In this document: piece after piece, positions 27,887 to 35,883 of the stretch
How the letters are laid out: each line of letters opens with the position of its first letter
Numbering within the stretch: the first letter of the stretch is position 1
Source: Bacillota bacterium
GTDB taxonomy: Bacteria; Bacillota; Clostridia; Christensenellales; UMGS416
NCBI GenBank assembly: GCA_023422005.1
Contig: JAEZSC010000076.1
Span: 5,282 to 69,281 of the forward strand
Reading direction: 5' to 3'
DNA length: 64,000 nucleotides
Notes under the pieces: model-generated
What the model was told of the DNA's origin: nothing
The model's input: the letters and a program-made list of their open reading frames with translations, nothing else
The model's database searches: none
Position numbers and translations under genes: made by a program

Positions 27887-28774
27887 TCATCGGGCATTCA
27901 TATATAGGGCGCCCTTCTGGGGTTCCACGCACCGGCTGCTGACGGCTGCCTGGGGCAGCGCCGCCGCCAGATAGGCGCAAAAGCTGTCGCGCACCGGCTG
28001 CACATGGGCCAGCACGCCGCCGCTCAGCGCCACCGCCGGCGATTCCAGCCCCAACCGGGCGCTCAGAGCAATGGCCATGCCGGCCAGCTCCTGGCCGGCA
28101 CGGGTCAGGATACCGGCGGCGCGGCGGTCTCCCTGGGCCGCGCGCTCCGCCACGGCTTGGGCCAGCACAGCGGTGTCGGCTTTGGGGGCGTTGTATGTGC
28201 GCTCCACCAGGGCACGGAGGCGGTCCGCCCCCGCCGCCCGTAGCAGTGCCTGGGTCAGCGGGTGCTCGGGTAGCCCGTCGTCGGCGTCGTCCAGCGCCAT
28301 GCGAATGGCATCGGCGGCGATGACGTAGGCGCTTCCCCGGTCCCCCAGGATGTGCCCCCAGCCGCCCCGGCGCAGCACGGTGTCTCCGCGTTTGCCGTAG
28401 GCGATGCTGCCCGTGCCGGCCACGACCAGCAGGCCGTCGCCGCCGCCGTGGGCGGCGTACAACGCCAGTTCGCCGTCGCTCACAACACTGCAGGGCACGC
28501 CCAGGTTCTGCTGAAAGAGCTCCCGCAGGCTTGGCACTGCCGCCGGGTCCAGCCCGGCCATGCCCACGGCAACGCAGCTGCACGGGGTGGCCGCAGCAGC
28601 CATGCAGCCCCGGGCGGCGGACAGGATGTTCTCCACAGCATGGGTGCCCCCGGCTGTACCGTTGCCCGGACCGGCTTCGCAGGCGGCCAGGCGCTCCCCC
28701 TGGGGTCTATAGGCCACAGCGACGGTCCTGGTGCCGCGGCATCCACGCCGATCACGAACGTCATGGCCGGCCAT
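27887..28774 (-). CDS. BadF/BadG/BcrA/BcrD-type ATPase, GlcNAc/MurNAc kinase (MurK-like); the N-terminal phosphate-1 motif is out of frame
   Basis: The ASKHA kinase motifs LLVVAGTGSIAYG and GGWGHILGDRGSAY are present. The intact frame can only start at ATG 28774 or further upstream. The canonical start MTFVIGVD (ATG 28764, ATGA-coupled to the murQ stop) lies in another frame, as described in the findings. Confidence 0.65.
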   Translation of the reverse strand: MAGHDVRDRRGCRGTRTVAVAYRPQGERLAACEAGPGNGTAGGTHAVENILSAARGCMAAAATPCSCVAVGMAGLDPAAVPSLRELFQQNLGVPCSVVSDGELALYAAHGGGDGLLVVAGTGSIAYGKRGDTVLRRGGWGHILGDRGSAYVIAADAIRMALDDADDGLPEHPLTQALLRAAGADRLRALVERTYNAPKADTAVLAQAVAERAAQGDRRAAGILTRAGQELAGMAIALSARLGLESPAVALSGGVLAHVQPVRDSFCAYLAAALPQAAVSSRCVEPQKGALYMNAR

Positions 28775-29696
28775 CCTTGCGGTGGGCGGCCACAGCCTGG
28801 GCCAGCAGGCCCCGGTGAGCCTGTAGCAGGCTGGCGGCCTCATCGGGGCCCAGACTGGTCAACGCCATGCAGATGGCGGTCTTGGCGTGGCCGCCGGCCT
28901 GCCGCAGCAGCTCGGCGGCGGCTTGCTCATTCAGGCCGGTCACCTCGGCCACCATGCGCCGGGCGCGGCTGCGCAGCTTCTCGTTGGTCGCCCGCAGGTC
29001 CACCATCCGGTTGCCGTACACCTTGCCCAGGCGGATCATCACCCCGGTGGACAGCATGTTGAGCACCATCTTCTGAGCGGTGCCGGCCTTCATGCGGGTG
29101 GAACCGGTGATCACCTCCGGCCCCGGCGCGGGGGAGATGGCGATGTCCGCCAGGCGGGCCAGGGCAGAGTCCGGCGTGCAGGCGAGCGCCACGGTGAGCG
29201 CGCCCAGCGACCGGGCATGGGCCACGCCGCCCAGCACATAGGGCGTGCGGCCGGAAGCCGCCAGGCCCACCAGCACGTCTCCACCGCCAAAGCCGATGGC
29301 CTGCAGGTCTGCCCGGCCCAGGGCTTCGTCGTCCTCGGCGCCCTCCTTGGCGCGGAACATGGCGTCCGGCCCGCCGGCCATCAGCGCCACGACGACGCCT
29401 TCCTCCACGCCGAAGGTGGGCGGGCACTCGCTGGCATCCAGCACGCCCAACCGGCCGGAGCTGCCCGCGCCCATGTAGACCAGCCGGCCGCTGTTGCCCA
29501 GCGCCGCGGCGATTGCGTCCACTGCCCGGGCGATGGCGGGGATCTCCCTCTCCACCGCCGCGGCCACCTTGGCATCCTCGGCGTTGATCAGGCGCAGCAT
29601 GTCCTGTGTGGGCAGCTCGTCTATGTGCTCGGTCAGCGGGTTTTGCCGCTCGGTCGTCAGGTCCTGCCAACTTATGGGCAATCCTTTTACGCTCAC
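28761..29696 (-). CDS. murQ: N-acetylmuramic acid 6-phosphate etherase (SIS domain)
   Basis: The region [37 protein letters not shown] ... [26 protein letters not shown] is characteristic of MurQ. The start is GTG 29696, overlapping the GH130 stop (GTGA). Confidence 0.85.
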   Translation of the reverse strand: MSVKGLPISWQDLTTERQNPLTEHIDELPTQDMLRLINAEDAKVAAAVEREIPAIARAVDAIAAALGNSGRLVYMGAGSSGRLGVLDASECPPTFGVEEGVVVALMAGGPDAMFRAKEGAEDDEALGRADLQAIGFGGGDVLVGLAASGRTPYVLGGVAHARSLGALTVALACTPDSALARLADIAISPAPGPEVITGSTRMKAGTAQKMVLNMLSTGVMIRLGKVYGNRMVDLRATNEKLRSRARRMVAEVTGLNEQAAAELLRQAGGHAKTAICMALTSLGPDEAASLLQAHRGLLAQAVAAHRKDGRP

Positions 29697-30679
29697 AGCG
29701 GATTCTGGCGCAGGAAGTCCAGCACGCCATCCACCGTGGTGAAGGCCAGGCCGGTCACCGTGTCGGCGCAACCGTAATAGATGGCCACACGGCCGGTGGG
29801 CCCATCGCACAGCGCCGCGCACGGGAAGGCCACGTTGGGCACGTCGCCCACGCACTCGTATTGGGCTTGGGGCGAGAGCAGATAGGGCCGGGAGCGGCGG
29901 ATCACCTTCCAGGGCTGGTCCCGATCCAGCAGCGCCGCGCCGAAGCTGTATACAAAGCCGTTGCAGGAGTTCAGCACGCCGTGGTAGAACAGCAGCCAGC
30001 CCTCTTCGGTTTCAATGGGCGTGGGGCCTGCGCCGATCTTGGTGGATTGCCACGCCGACTGGCCGGTTCTGTCCACGCCCATGACATAACGGTGCCTGCC
30101 CCAGAACTCCATGTCCGGGCTTTCGCTGTAGTAGATGTCGCCAAAGGGCGTGTGACCGTTGTCGCTGGGGCGGCTGAGCATGGCGTAGCGCCCGCCTATT
30201 TTGCGGGGAAAGAGCACGCCGTTGCGGTTGAAGGGCAAAAAGGCGTTTTTCAGTTGATGGAAGGTTTCGAAGTCATAGGTGTAGGCCACGCCAATGGTGG
30301 GGCCGTAGTAGCCGTTGCACCATGTGATATAGTAGCGATCCTCCAGGAAGCATACGCGGGGGTCATAGCGGTATTCCTTGCGCGTAACCTCTGGGTCGCC
30401 CTGGAAGGCGATGGTTTCGGGGCGAATGTTCCAACGGTATCCGTCGGCGCTGAAGCCCGCGTGCAGGTCCATACGCCGGCTGGTGTCGTCACAGCGGAAC
30501 ACGCCGGCGAAGCCGCCCCGGAAGGCTACCACGGCGCTGTTGAACACGCTGTTGGAGTCCGCGAGGATGTCGCGGGGGATGATTGGGTTGGCGTCATAGC
30601 GCCAGATGACGGCGCTGCTGGCGGCGGGTCGGTCCTGCCAGGGGATGTTGGGGAGTTGGTCGGTAAAAACTTTGCTCAT
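29693..30679 (-). CDS. GH130 family glycoside phosphorylase/hydrolase (beta-mannoside-active family)
   Basis: The motifs [39 protein letters not shown] and [23 protein letters not shown] are GH130 hallmarks. An AGGAGG SD is present and there is no signal peptide. Confidence 0.85.
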   Translation of the reverse strand: MSKVFTDQLPNIPWQDRPAASSAVIWRYDANPIIPRDILADSNSVFNSAVVAFRGGFAGVFRCDDTSRRMDLHAGFSADGYRWNIRPETIAFQGDPEVTRKEYRYDPRVCFLEDRYYITWCNGYYGPTIGVAYTYDFETFHQLKNAFLPFNRNGVLFPRKIGGRYAMLSRPSDNGHTPFGDIYYSESPDMEFWGRHRYVMGVDRTGQSAWQSTKIGAGPTPIETEEGWLLFYHGVLNSCNGFVYSFGAALLDRDQPWKVIRRSRPYLLSPQAQYECVGDVPNVAFPCAALCDGPTGRVAIYYGCADTVTGLAFTTVDGVLDFLRQNPL

Positions 30680-30694
30680 GGGAAGCCTCCTGAT

Positions 30695-31723
30695 TTATGG
30701 TTTGGTTGGATAGAGATTGTCGTGCATGGCCTTGAGCAGCGTGCCGCTGGGGTCATAGCTGTGCTCCCAGTACATGATGCCGGCCAGGCCTTGATCGCGG
30801 ATGAAGTCGCACTTGCAGCCGATGGATTGCTCGTCGTCGTAGCTGATGAACGTGTCGCCGTTAAACAGCCACGGCGCGCAGGCCTCGGCGTCCCAATGGC
30901 GCACAAAGCCGTTCTTGCCGATGTAGTTTTCCACAAGCTCGCCATAATGGGCGCCGAACCCGCCTGCGGCCGGCGTCATCTGGAACAGGCCGTGGTTGCG
31001 GTCCGGCACGCCGGTCCACTTGCGCCCGTAGAAGGCCGCGCCCAGCACCAGCTTGTGCCGGGGCACGCCGGCGCCCTTGTAGAGCTCCACCGAGCGCTCG
31101 GCGCTGATCGTATACAGGTCGCCGGTAGAGGCGCGCAGGTTGGTGTGGTGGCCGGTCAGCGTCTGGAAGCCGCCGCGCATGTCGTAGGTCATCAGCAGCA
31201 CATAGTCCAGCGCCTGTTGAACCTCGCCCATTTGGGTGCTGTCGATGAAATACTGGTCCGCCCCCACGGCGATGGTCAACAGCTTACGCGGCCCGGCGCA
31301 GCCGTCCAGCGCGGCGCGCACTTCCCGCAGCAGCAGCGTGAAGTTGCCGCGGTCTGCGGGGCTGGCGGCGATGCCTGCCACGCCGATGCACGGGTATTCC
31401 CAGTCGATGTCGATGCCGTCCAGGCCCAGCTCTTCCACGGCCCGGGCGCAGGTTTGGGCGAAGGACGCCCGGCCCTGTGCTGTGGAAGCGGCCTCGGAGA
31501 AGCCGCCGGCGCCCCAGCCGCCCACCGACAGAACGACCTTCAGCGCCGGGTTCAGCGCGCGCAGCCGGTCCAGCTGCTCCATGTTCTGCAGGTGGTCATA
31601 GACGACCTTGTCGTCCTTCACCAGGCCGAAGGCGATGTTGATGTGGGTCAGCCGCCGGGCGTCTTCCGCCGTCACCTGCGGCAGTGACCGGTCCATAACG
31701 TAAGCGGCGATCATGGGTTGCAT
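30695..31723 (-). CDS. GH18 family glycoside hydrolase (chitinase / endo-beta-N-acetylglucosaminidase-like)
   Basis: The catalytic motif DGIDIDWEYP and SVGGWG are present. An AGGAGG SD is present and there is no signal peptide. Confidence 0.85.
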   Translation of the reverse strand: MQPMIAAYVMDRSLPQVTAEDARRLTHINIAFGLVKDDKVVYDHLQNMEQLDRLRALNPALKVVLSVGGWGAGGFSEAASTAQGRASFAQTCARAVEELGLDGIDIDWEYPCIGVAGIAASPADRGNFTLLLREVRAALDGCAGPRKLLTIAVGADQYFIDSTQMGEVQQALDYVLLMTYDMRGGFQTLTGHHTNLRASTGDLYTISAERSVELYKGAGVPRHKLVLGAAFYGRKWTGVPDRNHGLFQMTPAAGGFGAHYGELVENYIGKNGFVRHWDAEACAPWLFNGDTFISYDDEQSIGCKCDFIRDQGLAGIMYWEHSYDPSGTLLKAMHDNLYPTKP

Positions 31724-31743
31724 ATACAGAGTCCTCCTGTGTA

Positions 31744-33099
31744 TTAGTCGATCATGGTGAGAATCTGCTCCTCCAGCTCGCAGATGCGCATCAGCGTGTC
31801 GCAGTAGGGCAGCAGCTTTTCCTTGTCGTCGAACAGGTGCCCGGCCGAGAAATCCTGGGGAATCAGCTCGCCCAGACGGCGGGCGTGCTCTGCGATCTTT
31901 TCATATTGGCGCGCCAGGTCCTCCCGGCCATGGTCCCGGAAAAAGTCCACAGCATATTGACGGTCCATGTATTGCTTTTGGTTGCACATGACATTCAGAT
32001 AGGGCTCGAAGGGATCGTCCCACTCATAGGTTTGCAGCGCCCGGGCGAAGGCCCGGTGAGCGGCCAGGCCGTTAAACTGCCCCGGCGCGATGCTCTCGTC
32101 GGCGATCAGCCGCCGCAGCACCCGCAGTGTCTCCCGCAGCACCTCTTCTTTGTGTGGCTGCTCCCCCTTGCCCCCGATGATCAGGATGCGCCCCAGGCTA
32201 CCCTTGACAAAGAAGCCGTCGTGCCAGTGGGATTTGCGGAAGTAGCCGGTGTCGTCCGGTGCCTCGTCGTGGTCCTCGTTCACGTACATGAAGGGGTTGT
32301 AGCCCAGCAGCACGTCACCGTCGTTGTCGTAACCGGAGATCACGCAGGCGTCGGCGCAGTTGATGACACCCTCCAGCGTGATGACCGGCACGCCGCGGTC
32401 GATGCTGTCCATGATCAGCTGCCGGTCGTAGCCGTAGTCACCGCGGGTGTGGTGGGTCATCTCGTAGCCCAGTATGCGGAACGTGTGCTCGATGAGGATC
32501 GGCGCGTGGATCACGTGATAGTTGCCGTGGTTCCACAGCTCCGTCGAGGGCATGGAGAAGGACGTGCGAAACGCGCTGCCCGAAAGGGCGCACACCGTGT
32601 CGTAATGAAGCTTTTCTCCCAGCGCGTTCAGCGCCGATACCACGCTGTTCACATATTCGTTCTGCCGCTGCGGGTCGGACCAATCCACCTTCATGAGGCC
32701 CGGTATCCAGTTTCTCGCCATGCCAAAACCTCCGTATAGCTTGTAGTCGATGTGAATCGGGTGGAATTTGTGCTGCCGGGGGGCGGCGCCGTATTTGGAC
32801 GGCGCGCAGTTGAACAGCCGCCGGAACGCCTTGGCAAAGGCCTCGGCAGTCTCGTATCCGTATTTGGCGGAGATGTCGGTTACCGAGGCGCGGCCATTCG
32901 CAAGCTCCTCGGCCGCCCTGGACAGGCGGCGGAAGCGGATGTATTCGCCGATGGAATAGCCGGTCAGCGCGCTGAACAGGTTCGCGAAGGACGATGGGGA
33001 GTAGTGGATCGCCCTGCCCACCGATTCCAGGGATATGTCCTCCAGCACGTTCTCCTCGATGTAGCCGATGGCGTTTTGAACCTGGGTTACCCAATGCAT
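31744..33099 (-). CDS. AraC-type HTH (N-terminal) fused to a ~330-aa C-terminal domain of unknown function
   Basis: Residues ~1-105 form the double HTH, including SPSSFANLFSALTGYSIGEYIRFRRL and YGYETAEAFAKAFRRLF. I did not recognise the rest with confidence. Confidence 0.75.
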   Translation of the reverse strand: MHWVTQVQNAIGYIEENVLEDISLESVGRAIHYSPSSFANLFSALTGYSIGEYIRFRRLSRAAEELANGRASVTDISAKYGYETAEAFAKAFRRLFNCAPSKYGAAPRQHKFHPIHIDYKLYGGFGMARNWIPGLMKVDWSDPQRQNEYVNSVVSALNALGEKLHYDTVCALSGSAFRTSFSMPSTELWNHGNYHVIHAPILIEHTFRILGYEMTHHTRGDYGYDRQLIMDSIDRGVPVITLEGVINCADACVISGYDNDGDVLLGYNPFMYVNEDHDEAPDDTGYFRKSHWHDGFFVKGSLGRILIIGGKGEQPHKEEVLRETLRVLRRLIADESIAPGQFNGLAAHRAFARALQTYEWDDPFEPYLNVMCNQKQYMDRQYAVDFFRDHGREDLARQYEKIAEHARRLGELIPQDFSAGHLFDDKEKLLPYCDTLMRICELEEQILTMID

Positions 33100-33218
33100 G
33101 CGCCGGTTCCTCCGTACACCGACATGATACCAGATTCATGAAAGCTTTTGCCGGTCCGATCCTATGAAATATTGTCCATACAGCCAAGAGGCGGTGGTCT
33201 GCCGCCTTGCGAAACAGT

Positions 33219-33246
33219 TTGACTTGCGATATATTACCCATATATC
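33219..33246 (+). promoter_or_regulatory. Candidate sigma-70 promoter of the acyltransferase operon
   Basis: The -35 is TTGACT at 33219..33224, followed by a 16-nt spacer. The -10 is TATATC at 33241..33246, 30 nt before ATG 33277. Confidence 0.35.
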
Positions 33247-33276
33247 ATCCATATTTCATATTCGAGGAGAATCGAC

Positions 33277-34095
33277 ATGGCGAAAAGAGACGGGCGTGTC
33301 GTAGAGCAGCATCCGTTAAACGCGATGATGCCCTACATGATGCGAGGGCGTAACGAGTCCCTGGTGTACTTTCAAACCGCGCTGGACGTGGAAGAACTGC
33401 AAAAATATATCGATGCCAAGAGGGCGGCAGGCGTCGACGTGAAGTTCTTCCAGATGTTCGTGGCCGCTCTCGTCAAGCTCCTGAAGGAGCGTCCCAAGCT
33501 CAATCGCTTCGTTTCCGGCCGGCGTGTCTACCAACGCAATCATATCCGCGTATCCTTCATCGCAAAAAAGGCCGCCACCGACGAGAGCGAAGAGACCAAC
33601 GTCGCGCTTACTTTCAATGAGAAATCCACCTTTCAGGATGTGCTCAACCGCATGCGGAGGGACATCAAGACCGCCAAGTCCGACGAGGTCAAGGACGACG
33701 ACGCTTTTGTCCGCACCCTGATGAAGCTGCCGCGCTTTATGCTGCGCATGGTCTTCGCCGTGCTGCGGTGGATGGACTTTTATTTTGACATTCCCAAAGC
33801 CATTTCCAACATCGATCCGCTCCGCTGCAGCGTATACGTCGCCAACCTCGGCAGCATCGGCATCGAAGCGCCGTTCCATCACCTCTACGAGTGGGGCAAC
33901 TGCTCTGTCTTCATCGCCATCGGCAGGATCCGCTACATGCCTGTGGCTCTGGAAGACGGCACGCTGACCGCGCGCAAGATGGTAGAGGTGAAGGTCACCA
34001 TCGACGAGAGAATCGCCGATGGGTTTTACTTTGCCCGCTCTCTGGAACTCATGGAAGGCTATCTGAAGAACCCCGAATCCATTGAGAACTTGTGA
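33277..34095 (+). CDS. 2-oxoacid-dehydrogenase E2 catalytic-domain-like (CAT-fold) acyltransferase with Glu in place of the catalytic His
   Basis: The C-terminal VTIDERIADGFYFARSLELMEGYLKNPE aligns to the E2 signature DHRxxDGxxxxxF....LE.P. The codon at 34006..34008 is GAG (Glu). A GAGGAGA SD is present. Confidence 0.65.
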   Translation: MAKRDGRVVEQHPLNAMMPYMMRGRNESLVYFQTALDVEELQKYIDAKRAAGVDVKFFQMFVAALVKLLKERPKLNRFVSGRRVYQRNHIRVSFIAKKAATDESEETNVALTFNEKSTFQDVLNRMRRDIKTAKSDEVKDDDAFVRTLMKLPRFMLRMVFAVLRWMDFYFDIPKAISNIDPLRCSVYVANLGSIGIEAPFHHLYEWGNCSVFIAIGRIRYMPVALEDGTLTARKMVEVKVTIDERIADGFYFARSLELMEGYLKNPESIENL

Positions 34096-34110
34096 AAGAG
34101 GCGAACGAAA

Positions 34111-35862
34111 ATGGAAAACGGCATTTATAAAGGCTCCGGCGTCAAGAAGCCCTGGCTGAAGTTTTACGGCGACATGCCGGAATTCCGGGACATTCCGGAT
34201 CTCACGATGTACGAGCTGCTGCGCGACACCGCCAGCAAGTACCCCGATAAGGCCGTCATCAAATACATGGGGGCCACGATTTCGTTCCGCAAATTCCTGG
34301 AGATGGTGGACAAGTGCGCCGCCTCCTTCACGGCCTACGGTGTGAAGGCCGGCGACTGCGTTCTGCAATCCATGCCCAACATCCCCAACGCCATCATGAT
34401 CTTTTACGCGCTCAACAAGATCGGCGCCCGCGTGGCCATGACGCACCCGCTGTACTCCTCCAGCGAGCTGGATCAATTCATAAAGGAGACCGGCAGCACC
34501 TGGTGCGTCACCGTGGATATGTTCTACGACCGCTTCAAGGACATTCTGCGGCCGGACCAGCGGCTGTTGGTTACGAAGATATCGGATTTCCTCCCCGGCT
34601 CCATGAAGGTCGCCTTCAAGATCACCCGAGGCTTCAAGGACAAGATACCCGCCGACGACCGGGTCGTGTTCTGGAAGGATTTCCTCAAGAAATCCGCCGG
34701 CGGCGCCGCGCCCTATGTGCGCCGCATGGACCCGCAGGACGGTGCGGTCATTCTCTTTTCCGGCGGCACAACCAACCTGCCAAAGGGCATCCTGCTGTCC
34801 TCGTATAACTTCAACGCGCTGTCGGTGAACATCTCCTACTTCGCCAAATTCACCAAGGATGACAGCGTCATCGCGATCCTGCCGGTGTTCCACGGCTTCG
34901 GCCTGGGAATCTGCGTGCACACGATCGCCTGCACCGGCGGCACATTGATTTTGGAGCCCAAGTTCGGCACCAAGATTTACATCGACAGCCTGCGCAAGCA
35001 TCAGCCCACCTTCATAGCCGGCGTACCCACGATGTTCGAGGCTATGCTGCGGGACAAGAGCTTCCAGAAGGTCCGCTTCGACCGCCTGAAAGCCATCTAC
35101 AGCGGCGGGGACAGCCTGTCCGCCGAGCTCAAGGCGCGCTTCGATGAGCAGATCCGGGCACAGGGCAGCAAGGTGGAGCTGGCCGAGGGCTATGGCTTGA
35201 CCGAGACCGTGACCGGCTGCGTGCTCACACCTCCGGGCCTGTACCGCAAGGGCGCCATCGGCATCCCGATGCCCAACACGCTGGCCAAGGTTGTGGATAT
35301 GCAGACCAAGGCCGAGCTGCCCTATGGCGAGGTTGGTGAAATCTTTCTGGCCGGGCCTACGCTGATGAAGGGATACCTCAACAACCCCGAGGAAACCGGC
35401 AAGGCCATCCGCACCGACGAGCTCGGCATCCAGTGGCTGCACACCGGTGACCTGGGCTACATGGACGCCGACGGCTATCTGTACTTCCAGAGCCGGGCCA
35501 AGCGCATGTTCAAGGTGTCCGGCGTCAGCGTGTACCCCATGCAGGTGGAGCAGGTGCTGGAATCCCACGAGCTTGTGTTCCGCACCTGCGTCGTAGGCGT
35601 GCCCGACGATTACCAGATGACCAGCGTGAAGGCCTACGTCGTGCTGGAGAACCCGGCGCTTGCCACCGACGAAACCAAGCAGATTCTGCTTAAGCACTGT
35701 CGCAAGCATTTGCTCAAGTGGAGCGTGCCGCGGGCCATCGAGTTCCGAGACAAGCTGCCCACGACGCTGGTGGGCAAGGTGGAATACACACAACTGGAGA
35801 AATCCCGCATCACCGCCGAGGACGTGGCGCTCAGCGAGGGTGCGGTCGCGATCACGGAATAA
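34111..35862 (+). CDS. AMP-dependent synthetase/ligase (acyl-CoA ligase-like, ANL superfamily)
   Basis: The AMP-binding motif is LFSGGTTNLPKGILLS. The motifs GYGLTET, TGDLGYMDADGYLYF and a C-terminal GKVEY are also present. Confidence 0.9.
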   Translation: MENGIYKGSGVKKPWLKFYGDMPEFRDIPDLTMYELLRDTASKYPDKAVIKYMGATISFRKFLEMVDKCAASFTAYGVKAGDCVLQSMPNIPNAIMIFYALNKIGARVAMTHPLYSSSELDQFIKETGSTWCVTVDMFYDRFKDILRPDQRLLVTKISDFLPGSMKVAFKITRGFKDKIPADDRVVFWKDFLKKSAGGAAPYVRRMDPQDGAVILFSGGTTNLPKGILLSSYNFNALSVNISYFAKFTKDDSVIAILPVFHGFGLGICVHTIACTGGTLILEPKFGTKIYIDSLRKHQPTFIAGVPTMFEAMLRDKSFQKVRFDRLKAIYSGGDSLSAELKARFDEQIRAQGSKVELAEGYGLTETVTGCVLTPPGLYRKGAIGIPMPNTLAKVVDMQTKAELPYGEVGEIFLAGPTLMKGYLNNPEETGKAIRTDELGIQWLHTGDLGYMDADGYLYFQSRAKRMFKVSGVSVYPMQVEQVLESHELVFRTCVVGVPDDYQMTSVKAYVVLENPALATDETKQILLKHCRKHLLKWSVPRAIEFRDKLPTTLVGKVEYTQLEKSRITAEDVALSEGAVAITE

Positions 35863-35883
35863 TTACGCCCAGGAGAGCTGCTT

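Noticed and set aside
29606-31687. A 693-aa plus-strand ORF.
   Set aside because: It is antisense to the GH130 and GH18 genes, whose catalytic motifs (for example DGIDIDWEYP) sit on the minus strand.
33316-35793. An 825-aa ORF on the minus strand, the longest single ORF in this part of the track.
   Set aside because: It lies antisense to the E2-like and AMP-ligase genes, both of which have clear motifs and SDs. The product is Gly/Ala/His/Val/Leu/Arg-rich with no recognisable motif. It is a typical shadow ORF of high-GC DNA.
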